Part shown: positions 17,786 to 27,605 of the stretch, piece after piece
How positions within the stretch are numbered: position 1 is the first letter of the stretch
Layout: each line of letters opens with the position of its first letter
From: Gaiellales bacterium
Lineage (GTDB): Bacteria > Actinomycetota > Thermoleophilia > Gaiellales > Gaiellaceae
DNA length: 64,000 nucleotides
NCBI GenBank assembly: GCA_038328165.1
Contig: JBBQLT010000010.1
Location: 9,663 to 73,662 of the forward strand
Direction: 5' to 3'
Position numbers and translations under genes: made by a program
Notes under the pieces: model-generated
What the model was told of the DNA's origin: nothing
Seen by the model: the letters and a program-made list of their open reading frames with translations, nothing else
Databases searched by the model: none

Positions 17786-20647
17786 TTGCCACTGCCCTGG
17801 TTCCGGCGCAAGAAGCCGGAAGAGATGGCGCCGTCTTCGGCTGCCACAGAAGTCCCGCACGTTGAACCGCTGACCGTCGAGGAGCCCGCCGAGAAGCAGG
17901 CGGCCGGCGGACAATCGAGCCCCACCGACCCCAACGCACCGAAGAAGCGTCGTCGCGGCACGCGGGGTGGACGCAACCGCAGTAAGAAGCCGGTCGACGG
18001 CGCGCCCGTCGCCGACGGAGCCGCGCCAGCTCCGCGCGACCGCAGCGTCCCGGAGCGCAAGCCTGCCGAGAAGCAGGCCGGCGAGCGCAAACCGCGCGAC
18101 CGCTCGTCCCAGCCCGCCCGCCGCCGCCAGGCGCCGAAGCGTGCGCCACTCCCGAAGGCGAAACGCGAGCTGCTCGTCTCGGTCGACGCGGGGGAAAAGC
18201 GAGTCGCGGTGCTCGAGGACGACAAGGTCGCCGAGGTCTACCTCGAGCGGCCCGAGCGCCGCTCGATCGCAGGGAACATCTACCTCGGCGTTGTCGACAA
18301 CGTGCTGCCGGGCATGGAAGCCGCGTTCGTCGAGATCGGCCTCGAGAAGAACGGCTTCCTCTTCGTCGATGAGATCGTCGGTCCCGAGCTCGAGGGCCGC
18401 AAAGGCGCGCGCAAGATTCAGGATCTGATCCAGCGCGGCCAGAACGTGCTTGTCCAGGCGGTCAAGGACCCGATGAAGACCAAGGGCGCACGGCTCACCA
18501 CCGAGATCTCGCTGCCCGGCCGCTTCGTCGTCTACGTCCCCCACGGCGAGGGCCTCGGCGTCTCACGGCGGCTGGAAGATGAGGAGCGCAACCGCCTGAA
18601 GGCGATCCTGAAGGAGCACGCGCCGAAGAAGGGCGGGGTGATCGTTCGCACGGCGGCCGAAGGCGCCTCGGCCGACGACATCGAGCGCGACCTGGACTTT
18701 CTCCAGCGCCTCTGGCGCTCGATCGAGGCGAAGGCAAAGGAGTCGACGGCGCCGTCGCTGATCTACCAGGAGGCCGAGCTGCCGCTGCGCGTCGTGCGCG
18801 ACCTCTTCACCGGCGACTTCGAGCGGCTGCTCGTCGACCACGACCGGACGTACAAACGCATCGTCGGCTACCTGAAGAAGACCTCGCCGCACATGGCCGA
18901 GCGGGTGACGCGCTACAAGGAACGCGAGCCGCTGATGGAGGTCTTTGGTGTGGAGCAGGAGATCCGCTCGACGCTCGGTCGCCGTGTCGACCTCCCGTCT
19001 GGTGGCTACCTGATCTTCGACTACGCCGAAGCGTTCACCGTCATCGACGTGAACACCGGCCGCTTCGTCGGCTCACGCTCGAAGAAGTCGGGCGCGCGGC
19101 TCGAGGACACGATCACGAAGAACAACCTCGAGGCCGTCAAGGAGGTCGTCCGCCAGCTGCGCCTGCGCGACGTCGGCGGCATCATCGTCATTGACTTCAT
19201 CGACATGGCAAGCCCGAAGAATCGCGCCGCCGTCGAGGAAGCGCTCGGTGCCGAGCTCGAACGCGACCGTACGAAGACCTATGTCGTCGAGATCTCACCA
19301 CTCGGGCTCGTCGAGATGACCCGCCAGAACGTGACCGACGGGCCACGCGAGGTCATGACGAAGAAGTGCCCCACCTGCGGCGGCGACGGCATCGTCATCT
19401 CCGAGCACACCGCTGCTGTCGACATCGAGCGCAGGTTGCGCATGCTGCCGACTCCGGGCTCGCGCTCGAAGGCGTTCAAGGTCGAGGTGGCGGCGAAAGT
19501 CGCGAGCCTCGTTGCCGGCCCTGGCGGTTCGCGGCTGCGCGAATTGGAGGAGACGACGAAGCGCGTCTTCTTCCTCGTCGGCAAGGAGGGCGAGCATCTC
19601 GATCACTTCCGCGTGCTCGAGCAGGGCACACTCGAGAAGGTCGCTCCGAAGGTTCCCGTCGAGGTCGGCCAGGAGCTCGAGTTGAAGCTCGGCGAGGTGG
19701 GTCTGTACGACGCACGCGCCGGGGTGGCGAAGGTCGAGTCGATCGACGTCGTCGTCGGTGACGCCGCGACCCTCGTCGGCAAGCGGGTCAAGGCGCGCAT
19801 CACCGCCGTCACCGAAGGCCTCGCCTGGGCAGAGCTGCTCTCACCCGTGACGGCGGGCGACGATCCGTTGACCGCGGAAGCCGAAGCCGAGAAGCCCACG
19901 CGGGCGAAGCGCCCCAGCACGAAGAAGGCCTCGGACGCGACGGACGGCCTGGTGGACGAGTTCGAAGACGACGACGAAGCCGAGCTCGCGGCCGACGACG
20001 CGGAGCCAGAGGCCGACGATGCCGAGCTCGAGCCCGACGTCGCCGCCGACGGTGCACCGGCCGGTCCCGCGAAGAAGCGCACCCGCCGGGGCACGCGTGG
20101 CGGCCGGAACCGCAAGAAGCCCGGTGCTGCAGGGGCAACGACGGCAGCGGGCTCCGCCGCGGAGAACGGTGGCGAGCTCGCCGGCCCGGCTGCCGCGGAG
20201 TTCGTGCCCGAGCCCGCGACCGAGCCCACCGGCGCACCGGCGGAGGATCCTGACGACGAGTCGCGCCTGGTTGGCCCGGTGATTCACCTGCCGGGCCGCG
20301 AGCTCGACGGCGAGGCTTCCGACGACGCGGTTGGCGAAGCGGCGCCCGCGAAGAAGCGCACGCGGCGCGGCTCGCGCGGTGGCAAGAACCGCCGGAAGAA
20401 GCCGGCAGCTGCGGCCGGCGGAGCGGCCTTGGAGGCCTCGAGCGTCGACCCGGCCGACGACGCGGTCTCGATCGATGCTGAGCATGAGGTCGAGCCGGCT
20501 CCCGTCCCCGCGGCGGTCGCAGAGCGCGAGCGCGAGCGCGAGCCAGATCCCGAGCCCGAGGAGAGACCCGATCCGGCGTCCGAGCAGACCACGAACAACG
20601 TGGACGGCGAGTGGGAGTACACCCCGATGTCTCAGTGGGGCGAATAA
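17786..20647 (+). CDS. rne: ribonuclease E/G family endoribonuclease with long Arg-rich/acidic N- and C-terminal extensions
   Basis: S1 domain (NIYLGVVDNVLPGMEAAFVEIGLEKNGFL), catalytic core (FTVIDVNTG, GGIIVIDFIDM) and Zn-link CPTCGGDG. TTG start is preceded by GGAGAG. Confidence 0.9.
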   Translation: MPLPWFRRKKPEEMAPSSAATEVPHVEPLTVEEPAEKQAAGGQSSPTDPNAPKKRRRGTRGGRNRSKKPVDGAPVADGAAPAPRDRSVPERKPAEKQAGERKPRDRSSQPARRRQAPKRAPLPKAKRELLVSVDAGEKRVAVLEDDKVAEVYLERPERRSIAGNIYLGVVDNVLPGMEAAFVEIGLEKNGFLFVDEIVGPELEGRKGARKIQDLIQRGQNVLVQAVKDPMKTKGARLTTEISLPGRFVVYVPHGEGLGVSRRLEDEERNRLKAILKEHAPKKGGVIVRTAAEGASADDIERDLDFLQRLWRSIEAKAKESTAPSLIYQEAELPLRVVRDLFTGDFERLLVDHDRTYKRIVGYLKKTSPHMAERVTRYKEREPLMEVFGVEQEIRSTLGRRVDLPSGGYLIFDYAEAFTVIDVNTGRFVGSRSKKSGARLEDTITKNNLEAVKEVVRQLRLRDVGGIIVIDFIDMASPKNRAAVEEALGAELERDRTKTYVVEISPLGLVEMTRQNVTDGPREVMTKKCPTCGGDGIVISEHTAAVDIERRLRMLPTPGSRSKAFKVEVAAKVASLVAGPGGSRLRELEETTKRVFFLVGKEGEHLDHFRVLEQGTLEKVAPKVPVEVGQELELKLGEVGLYDARAGVAKVESIDVVVGDAATLVGKRVKARITAVTEGLAWAELLSPVTAGDDPLTAEAEAEKPTRAKRPSTKKASDATDGLVDEFEDDDEAELAADDAEPEADDAELEPDVAADGAPAGPAKKRTRRGTRGGRNRKKPGAAGATTAAGSAAENGGELAGPAAAEFVPEPATEPTGAPAEDPDDESRLVGPVIHLPGRELDGEASDDAVGEAAPAKKRTRRGSRGGKNRRKKPAAAAGGAALEASSVDPADDAVSIDAEHEVEPAPVPAAVAEREREREPDPEPEERPDPASEQTTNNVDGEWEYTPMSQWGE
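17942..17992 (+). repeat. Arg-rich motif copy 1 inside rne (KKRRRGTRGGRNRSKKP)
   Basis: This is the first of three near-identical coding repeats. Compare 20072-20122 and 20351-20404. Confidence 0.8.
20072..20122 (+). repeat. Arg-rich motif copy 2 inside rne (KKRTRRGTRGGRNRKKP)
   Basis: The DNA (aagaagcgcacccgccggggcacgcgtggcggccggaaccgcaagaagccc) closely parallels copy 3. Confidence 0.8.
20351..20404 (+). repeat. Arg-rich motif copy 3 inside rne (KKRTRRGSRGGKNRRKKP)
   Basis: The DNA is aagaagcgcacgcggcgcggctcgcgcggtggcaagaaccgccggaagaagccg, preceded by the same APAKK context as copy 2. Confidence 0.8.
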
Positions 20648-20728
20648 ACGAATTCGGGTAGGCGAGGGAATCTGCCAGTCGCTACACTTCCGGCGATTCG
20701 CAGGCCCCGCCCGCGATCTTCCACGCTT

Positions 20729-22762
<2,034 letters not shown>

Positions 22763-22763
<1 letters not shown>

Positions 22764-23317
22764 TGGTGGGCCTGTACGGCGGCGCATTCGATCCGCCGCA
22801 CCGTGGCCACGTCGAGCTCGCCCGACGCGCGAAGGAGGAGCTGGGGCTCGAGCGCCTGATTGTCCTCGTCTCGGGGGATCCCGGCCACAAACGGGTGGAC
22901 ACCCCGGCGGAGACTCGGCTGCGGCTCGCGCAGGCTGCGTTCCCCGGCGATGAGGTCGTTCTCGACGAGCACGCGAGGACAGTCGACACCCTGCGGGCGC
23001 ACCCGGAGTGGGTCGATCCTGTCTTCCTGATCGGCGCCGACGAGTTCTGCGACTTCCTCTCGTGGAAGGAGCCGAACGAGGTGCTCGAGCGCGCACGACT
23101 GGCCGTCGCAACCCGTCCCGGCTTTCCGCAGGAGCGCCTGGAGCGTGTGCTCGACGACCTCGATGCACCCGAGCGTGTCTCCTTCTTCGAGATCGAGCCG
23201 ACGCCGGTTGCCTCGCGGGAGCTCCGGGAGCGCCTGGCGGCCGGGATGCCTGCCGTCGAAGAACTGCCGCAGGCCGTGGCGGAGCTGATCGGGGCGGAAT
23301 CGCTGTATCGGCCGTGA
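22763..23317 (+). CDS. nadD: nicotinate-nucleotide adenylyltransferase
   Basis: GLYGGAFDPPHRGH (HxGH) and the conserved obg-nadD-rsfS order. TGATG overlap with obg. Confidence 0.9.
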
Positions 23318-23339
23318 ATGCCGGTACAATTCCAGTCGC

Positions 23340-23696
23340 TTGAGCCCCAATGAACAAGCACGCCGGATCGCGGCGCTCGCCCAGGAGAAGCTCGCCCGCG
23401 ATGTGGTCATCCTCGATATGCGGCCCGTCTGCGCGTACACCGACTTCTTCGTCGTGTGCACCGGCGGCAACCCGCGTCAGGTGAGATCGATCTGGGACGA
23501 GGTGCACGTGCGCCTGAAGAACGAGCACGATCTCATCCCGCGCTCCACCGAGGGCGGCACCGAGGCGACCTGGATCGTCGGCGACTACATCGACGTCGTG
23601 CTGCACGTCTTCACGCCCGAAGCGCGCGAGTTCTACCGCCTCGAGGACCTCTGGGACGACGTCCCGCACGAGGCCGTCGAAGCAGCCACAGCCTAA
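23340..23696 (+). CDS. rsfS: ribosome silencing factor RsfS (iojap-like)
   Basis: ARDVVILDMRPVCAYTDFFVVCTGGNPRQVRSI...DYIDVVLHVFTPEAREFYRLEDLW. Confidence 0.9.
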   Translation: MSPNEQARRIAALAQEKLARDVVILDMRPVCAYTDFFVVCTGGNPRQVRSIWDEVHVRLKNEHDLIPRSTEGGTEATWIVGDYIDVVLHVFTPEAREFYRLEDLWDDVPHEAVEAATA

Positions 23697-23853
23697 ACCG
23701 CGCCTGTCGCCTGGTTGGGCAACGGCTCATCCGATCGCTTGCGTAAGCTGTTGTCGATGTCCAACTTCCCCTGCAGCCGGGTCGAAGAAACCAGGTGATC
23801 GGCGTGCATAGGGCGCGGGATTTTGAGCTCGAAGCTACACTGGCGATGCTTCT

Positions 23854-23926
23854 GGGCCCATAGCTCAGCTGGGAGAGCGCCGCCGTGGCACGGCGGAGGC
23901 CGTCGGTTCGAGCCCGACTGGGTCCA
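23854..23926 (+). tRNA. tRNA-Ala (anticodon GGC)
   Basis: Manual cloverleaf: acceptor GGGCCCA/TGGGTCC including the Ala identity pair G3:U70; D arm GCTC-AGCTGGGA-GAGC; anticodon arm CCGCC-GTGGCAC-GGCGG; T arm GTCGG-TTCGAGC-CCGAC; discriminator A. CCA is not encoded. Confidence 0.9.
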
Positions 23927-23930
23927 TCCA

Positions 23931-23968
23931 CAGAAAGCCCTGCTAAGGCGGGGCTTTCTGTTTCTTTC
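23931..23968 (+). terminator. intrinsic terminator after tRNA-Ala
   Basis: 10-bp stem CAGAAAGCCC / GGGCTTTCTG with a 10-nt loop, followed by TTTCTTTC. Confidence 0.7.
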
Positions 23969-24076
23969 GCTGATTGAGACTGCCGGCCAGAGGACCGCCG
24001 CTTCGGCAGGATGTCAGCGCCTCGGCGCTCCGGCGACCGGGCACGCAGAGCTGAGCCCCGCGCATCTGGAACCGGG

Positions 24077-24394
24077 TCATAGGCCGAGGACAAGTAGCAA
24101 TGCCTCGTCAACGGCACGGAGTTCCTGCGCATCGAGTCGACCTGCCGATCGGCCGAGCCGCTCAGGGTCGACGACGGTCGTCTGCTCGACGACGACTCTC
24201 GTCTCTTCGCCCTCGAGCCGAATCGCGGGCCGGAAGCTTGCTGCGCGGGCGCCCGCGGAGGTTGGCGAGACGAGCACCGTGCTGAGGCCTAGGAACTCGT
24301 CGGCTTGAACGACGACCGCATACCGAGCGCCACGCTGCTCGTGTCCGCGTGCTCCCCGCGGCGCCGGGAGTCGGAATACCTCGCCGCGGACCAT
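24077..24394 (-). CDS. mazF: type II toxin, MazF/PemK family endoribonuclease
   Basis: The 105-aa product MVRGEVFRLPAP...RYAVVVQADEFLGLSTVLVSPTS...RVVVEQTTVVDPERL...LRAVDEALLLVLGL has the MazF/PemK pattern. Its ATG lies 1 nt after the antitoxin stop. Confidence 0.85.
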   Translation of the reverse strand: MVRGEVFRLPAPRGARGHEQRGARYAVVVQADEFLGLSTVLVSPTSAGARAASFRPAIRLEGEETRVVVEQTTVVDPERLGRSAGRLDAQELRAVDEALLLVLGL

Positions 24395-24395
24395 G

Positions 24396-24641
24396 TCAGT
24401 CGGTCGCTGGCGGGGCGAGCCCTGCGAGCTGCTCGCGGATGATCCGCATCTCCGCGCGGTCGCTCTCGTCTGCGGCGAGGCTGCGCACCTCGTCTCGGAC
24501 CGCAGAGCGCAGCCGCCGGCGAGCCGCGGCCTCACGGAGTGCGACACGCACCGCTTCCGAGTCTGAGAGCTGGCCGGCGCGCACGATCTCGAGGGCCGTC
24601 GCGGACGCATCGTCGAGGCGCACGTGCAGCGAGCGGGGCAT
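24396..24641 (-). CDS. ribbon-helix-helix (CopG/MazE-like) antitoxin
   Basis: 81 aa. The N-terminal beta-strand MPRSLHVRLDD plus two helices (ATALEIVRAGQLSDSEAVRVALREA) is typical of RHH. Start 24641 was chosen because the operator palindrome lies just upstream; ATG 24677 is an alternative. Confidence 0.75.
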   Translation of the reverse strand: MPRSLHVRLDDASATALEIVRAGQLSDSEAVRVALREAAARRRLRSAVRDEVRSLAADESDRAEMRIIREQLAGLAPPATD

Positions 24642-24651
24642 GCAACCAACT

Positions 24652-24670
24652 GTAGCACGAATCGTGCTAC
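24652..24670. promoter_or_regulatory. perfect 9-1-9 palindrome, candidate autoregulatory operator of the RHH/MazF operon
   Basis: GTAGCACGA-A-TCGTGCTAC lies 11-29 nt upstream of the antitoxin ATG. Confidence 0.5.
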
Positions 24671-24759
24671 GAGCCATCACGGCTTCAAGTCGACAATGGG
24701 AGCCACCAGCTCGACCGGCGGCCGGTTCGCGCAACGCTCGGTTCGGCCCACCTGATCAG

Positions 24760-24791
24760 CCGCGAGGCCCGCCAGGGCCTCGCGGTTTTTT
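24760..24791 (+). terminator. textbook intrinsic terminator with no upstream plus-strand gene
   Basis: Perfect 11-bp stem CCGCGAGGCCC / GGGCCTCGCGG, GCCA loop, then TTTTTT. The only genes to its left are on the minus strand. Confidence 0.75.
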
Positions 24792-25448
24792 CTCGGTCTC
24801 CGCTCGAGGCGGAGAAGACCGTCCCGATCGGCGGTGCCGCTCGCGTGGCGTGTGTTGCGCGGCCGGCTACAGACCGAGGACGAGCATCACCGCTTCGTCG
24901 CCTGAGCGCAGCTCGCGCGCGTGGGCGGGTGTTGTTCACGAATGATGCGTCTGAGGTCCCGATTCTGTTTGTCGTTCAGCCAGGACCGCGAGGTTTGTTC
25001 GGAAGCGCCACGACAGAGCGCGGAAACTCTGCAACCTGGTTCAAACCCGGAACCAGGTTGCGGGAGACTCGCCTGGGCCACTGTTTCGCACAGCACCACG
25101 AGTGGTCGTCGGTGCAAAGGACGAGCGCCGAGGCGCTGCCACGAGCCGGAAACCGTTCCTGTTCGGGCTTTGGGCGACCACGTTGCCGCCGGCGTCGATG
25201 GCGACCCGCCCGTCAGTGGCGCCTGCCGGGCATGCTTGCTCGATGACCCATTGCCCGATCTCGACGATGATTCCCGACGCCTCTGCGGCTGCAGTGAATG
25301 CACGCGGTCTGACCACTCCCCGTTCCGGATGGTGCCACCGGATCAGGGCTTTGGCGGTTCCCTTGGGGAATCGGAGGCATTGCTTCTCCGTTGCCGTCTG
25401 GTAGAACCGAATTCCCCCACGAAGCTGGTCACGAAGAGGAGTGAGACG

Positions 25449-26108
25449 ATGGCATTGCAGCTTGGCGACACAGCACCGGATTTCGAAGCGGAGACGACCG
25501 AAGGGACGATCCACTTCCACGACTGGCTCGGCGACTCCTGGGCCGTGCTTTTCTCGCATCCGCGCGACTTCACTCCGGTCTGCACGACCGAGCTCGGCTA
25601 CATGGCCCACATCAAGCCCGAGTTCGACACGCGCGGCGTGAAGATCATCGGGCTCTCGGTCGATCCGGTCGAGAACCACGCGAAGTGGGCCGCCGACATC
25701 GAGGAGACCCAGGGCACAGCGCCCAACTATCCGATGATCGGCGACGTCGACTTCAACGTGTCCAAGCTCTACGGGATGCTGCCCGGCGACACGTCGGGGG
25801 ACCCCACCGAGCGGACGCCGGCCGACAACCAGACCGTTCGAAACGTCTTCGTGATCGGGCCCGACAAGAAGGTCAAGTTGATCCTCGTCTACCCCATGAC
25901 GACCGGGCGCAACTTCGACGAGGTTCTGCGCGTCATCGACTCCCTGCAGTTGACGGCGAACCACAAGGTCGCGACGCCGGCCAACTGGAAGCACGGCGAC
26001 AAGGTGCTCATCGCGGGCTCCGTCTCCGACGAGGATGCCAAGAAGACGTATCCGGACGGATGGGAATCGCCCCGGCCGTACATCCGGATCGTGCCGCAGC
26101 CGAACTGA
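25449..26108 (+). CDS. 1-Cys peroxiredoxin (Prx6-type)
   Basis: LGDTAPDFEAETTEG...SHPRDFTPVCTTEL...VATPANW. SD AAGAGGAG lies 6 nt upstream. The ORF-track start 24921 is a non-coding 5' extension. Confidence 0.9.
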   Translation: MALQLGDTAPDFEAETTEGTIHFHDWLGDSWAVLFSHPRDFTPVCTTELGYMAHIKPEFDTRGVKIIGLSVDPVENHAKWAADIEETQGTAPNYPMIGDVDFNVSKLYGMLPGDTSGDPTERTPADNQTVRNVFVIGPDKKVKLILVYPMTTGRNFDEVLRVIDSLQLTANHKVATPANWKHGDKVLIAGSVSDEDAKKTYPDGWESPRPYIRIVPQPN

Positions 26109-26165
26109 ACGCCATTCGCGTCACGGGACGGGGGCAAGGGGCGCCCGCCCCGTGATGCGCGACGC

Positions 26166-26429
26166 TCAGTCGCCCGCGGGGCGCACGATGCAGCCCCCGT
26201 CCGCGCGCTGCACGATCAGCGGGACCATGCCGTCGGAAAGATATGACTCGATCGCTCGTGTCGACTCGACGACCAGGCGCTCGAGCTCGTCGTCGACGAA
26301 GCGGACGCGGAGGGTGCACGCCTCGCGCGTCTCGACGATCTCGGCATGAAGCCCGCGCGCGCCGAGCACCTCGGTGAGGTCGCTGGCGATGCCGCGCCGG
26401 GGCACCTCGATCTCAATCGTCACCGTCAT
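26166..26429 (-). CDS. hypothetical protein (87 aa)
   Basis: High-GC3 ORF with GGGAAG upstream of the ATG, divergent from the LysR gene. I recognise no family. Confidence 0.5.
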   Translation of the reverse strand: MTVTIEIEVPRRGIASDLTEVLGARGLHAEIVETREACTLRVRFVDDELERLVVESTRAIESYLSDGMVPLIVQRADGGCIVRPAGD

Positions 26430-26512
26430 TTTCGCTTCCCTACCCGTGTTAAGCAGGTGTTACGCATCCCGATCGACACAACCGAGGAAGCCGGCGCGCG
26501 TCCCATCCGGCA

Positions 26513-27445
26513 ATGGCAGCCGAATGGTGGTCCGGGATCGAGCTTCGGCACCTCGCTGCGCTCGATGCGGTCGCGCGTGAGGGCTCGTTCCGCCGTGCCG
26601 CCACTCGCCTCGGCTATGTGCAGTCGGCGATCAGCCACCAGATCGCGGCGCTCGAGAACCTCACCGGTAAGCGCCTGATCGAGCGCTCGCGTGGGACGCG
26701 GCCGCTCGCGCTCACGGAGGCAGGCGAGATACTCCTCGCGCATGCGGACGCCGTGATCGCGCGTGTGCGCGCAGCCCAGGCCGACCTCGCCGCGCTCGAC
26801 GGCGGCGGTGCTACAGCGCTCCGGGTGGGGGCGACACCTGACCTGCTTGCTCGGTTCGTGCCCGCGTTGCTCCGCGTCTACGGCGAGCCGGTCTCCCTGC
26901 GCGAGACACCGACCTCACGCGCCTTGCTCGCAGCGCTCGTGCGCGGTGAGCTCGATCTGGTGCTCGCGGAGACCCCGCTGCCGAAAGGCCCGCTCGATGC
27001 GGTGCCCCTTTGCGTCGACCCGTTTGTCGTCGTGCTCCAGGCCGGCGCCCCGCTCGGACGGCGCAGGCGCCCGGTGACGATCGAAGAGCTGGGACGACTG
27101 CCGCTGATCGCGCACGCACCCTCGAGGGCGCACGTCGAGGAGCACTTGCGGCTGCAGGGATTCGACGTTCGCTTCGTGCTCGAGGCGGCGACCGCCACCG
27201 CGGTGCAGGGTCTCGTTGCTGCGGGTCTCGGCGCGGCGATCGTCCCGCGCATCGCTGCCGACGAGCGCCGCGCCGAGACGCTGGTGGTGGAGCTCGAGAG
27301 CGGGCTCGTCGCGCCTCGCAGCATCGCTGCCGTGTGGAGCCGACTTCAGCCGCAGCGCGCGGACGCGGCTGCGTTCGTCGAGGCCGCTCGTTCGGCGTGC
27401 GCCGGCGTTGGCCTACGCGAGCCCCTCCTCGCGGCGACGATGTAG
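26513..27445 (+). CDS. LysR-family transcriptional regulator
   Basis: wHTH LRHLAALDAVAREGSFRRAATRLGYVQSAISHQIAALE plus a periplasmic-binding-like effector domain. Confidence 0.9.
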   Translation: MAAEWWSGIELRHLAALDAVAREGSFRRAATRLGYVQSAISHQIAALENLTGKRLIERSRGTRPLALTEAGEILLAHADAVIARVRAAQADLAALDGGGATALRVGATPDLLARFVPALLRVYGEPVSLRETPTSRALLAALVRGELDLVLAETPLPKGPLDAVPLCVDPFVVVLQAGAPLGRRRRPVTIEELGRLPLIAHAPSRAHVEEHLRLQGFDVRFVLEAATATAVQGLVAAGLGAAIVPRIAADERRAETLVVELESGLVAPRSIAAVWSRLQPQRADAAAFVEAARSACAGVGLREPLLAATM

Positions 27446-27605
27446 CGGACCTTCGATCGCGAGCATCGACGTCGTCGATCAACCACGACGCTCGGCTCGG
27501 CGTCTCAGCGTCCGAACCCTCCCCAGTGGCTCGCCGGGGCCGCACGGGCCCGTACGGCCCCGGCATTCACGGGCGCGCTGCGATCGTGTGAGAAGGTTCG
27601 CTGCG

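Noticed and set aside
20648-20728. A possible L21-leader-type regulatory RNA upstream of rplU (GAATCTGCC...GGCGATTC pairing).
   Set aside because: I can see only one short imperfect helix, and I cannot match it from memory to a defined Rfam model. It needs a covariance-model scan.
24696-24755. A 19-codon ORF (MGATSSTGGRFAQRSVRPT) in front of the orphan terminator, considered as a real micro-protein gene.
   Set aside because: It has no Shine-Dalgarno sequence and no recognisable peptide features, and it is very short. It is more economical to treat the unit as a candidate sRNA until translation data exist.
25150-25448. A Rieske/NirD-like pseudogene (minus strand) or an ADH-like zinc-lobe fragment (plus strand, in frame with prx).
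   Set aside because: Both readings come from the same DNA on opposite strands sharing codon position 2. Neither has a start codon or intact ligands, and the similarities are short pattern matches that I cannot score. I report the region only as an unexplained spacer.
26121-26155. A GC-rich imperfect hairpin (TCACGGG...CCCGTGA) between the convergent prx and 87-aa genes, considered as a bidirectional terminator.
   Set aside because: The stem has mismatches and there is no T-tract on either side. It is plausible but too weak to list as a feature.
23927-26200. A genomic island integrated at tRNA-Ala.
   Set aside because: I saw no integrase or recombinase ORF and could find no direct repeat of the tRNA 3' end by eye. 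Only the toxin-antitoxin pair and non-coding DNA are present. I kept it as a possible decayed insertion in the findings, not as a mobile-element feature.
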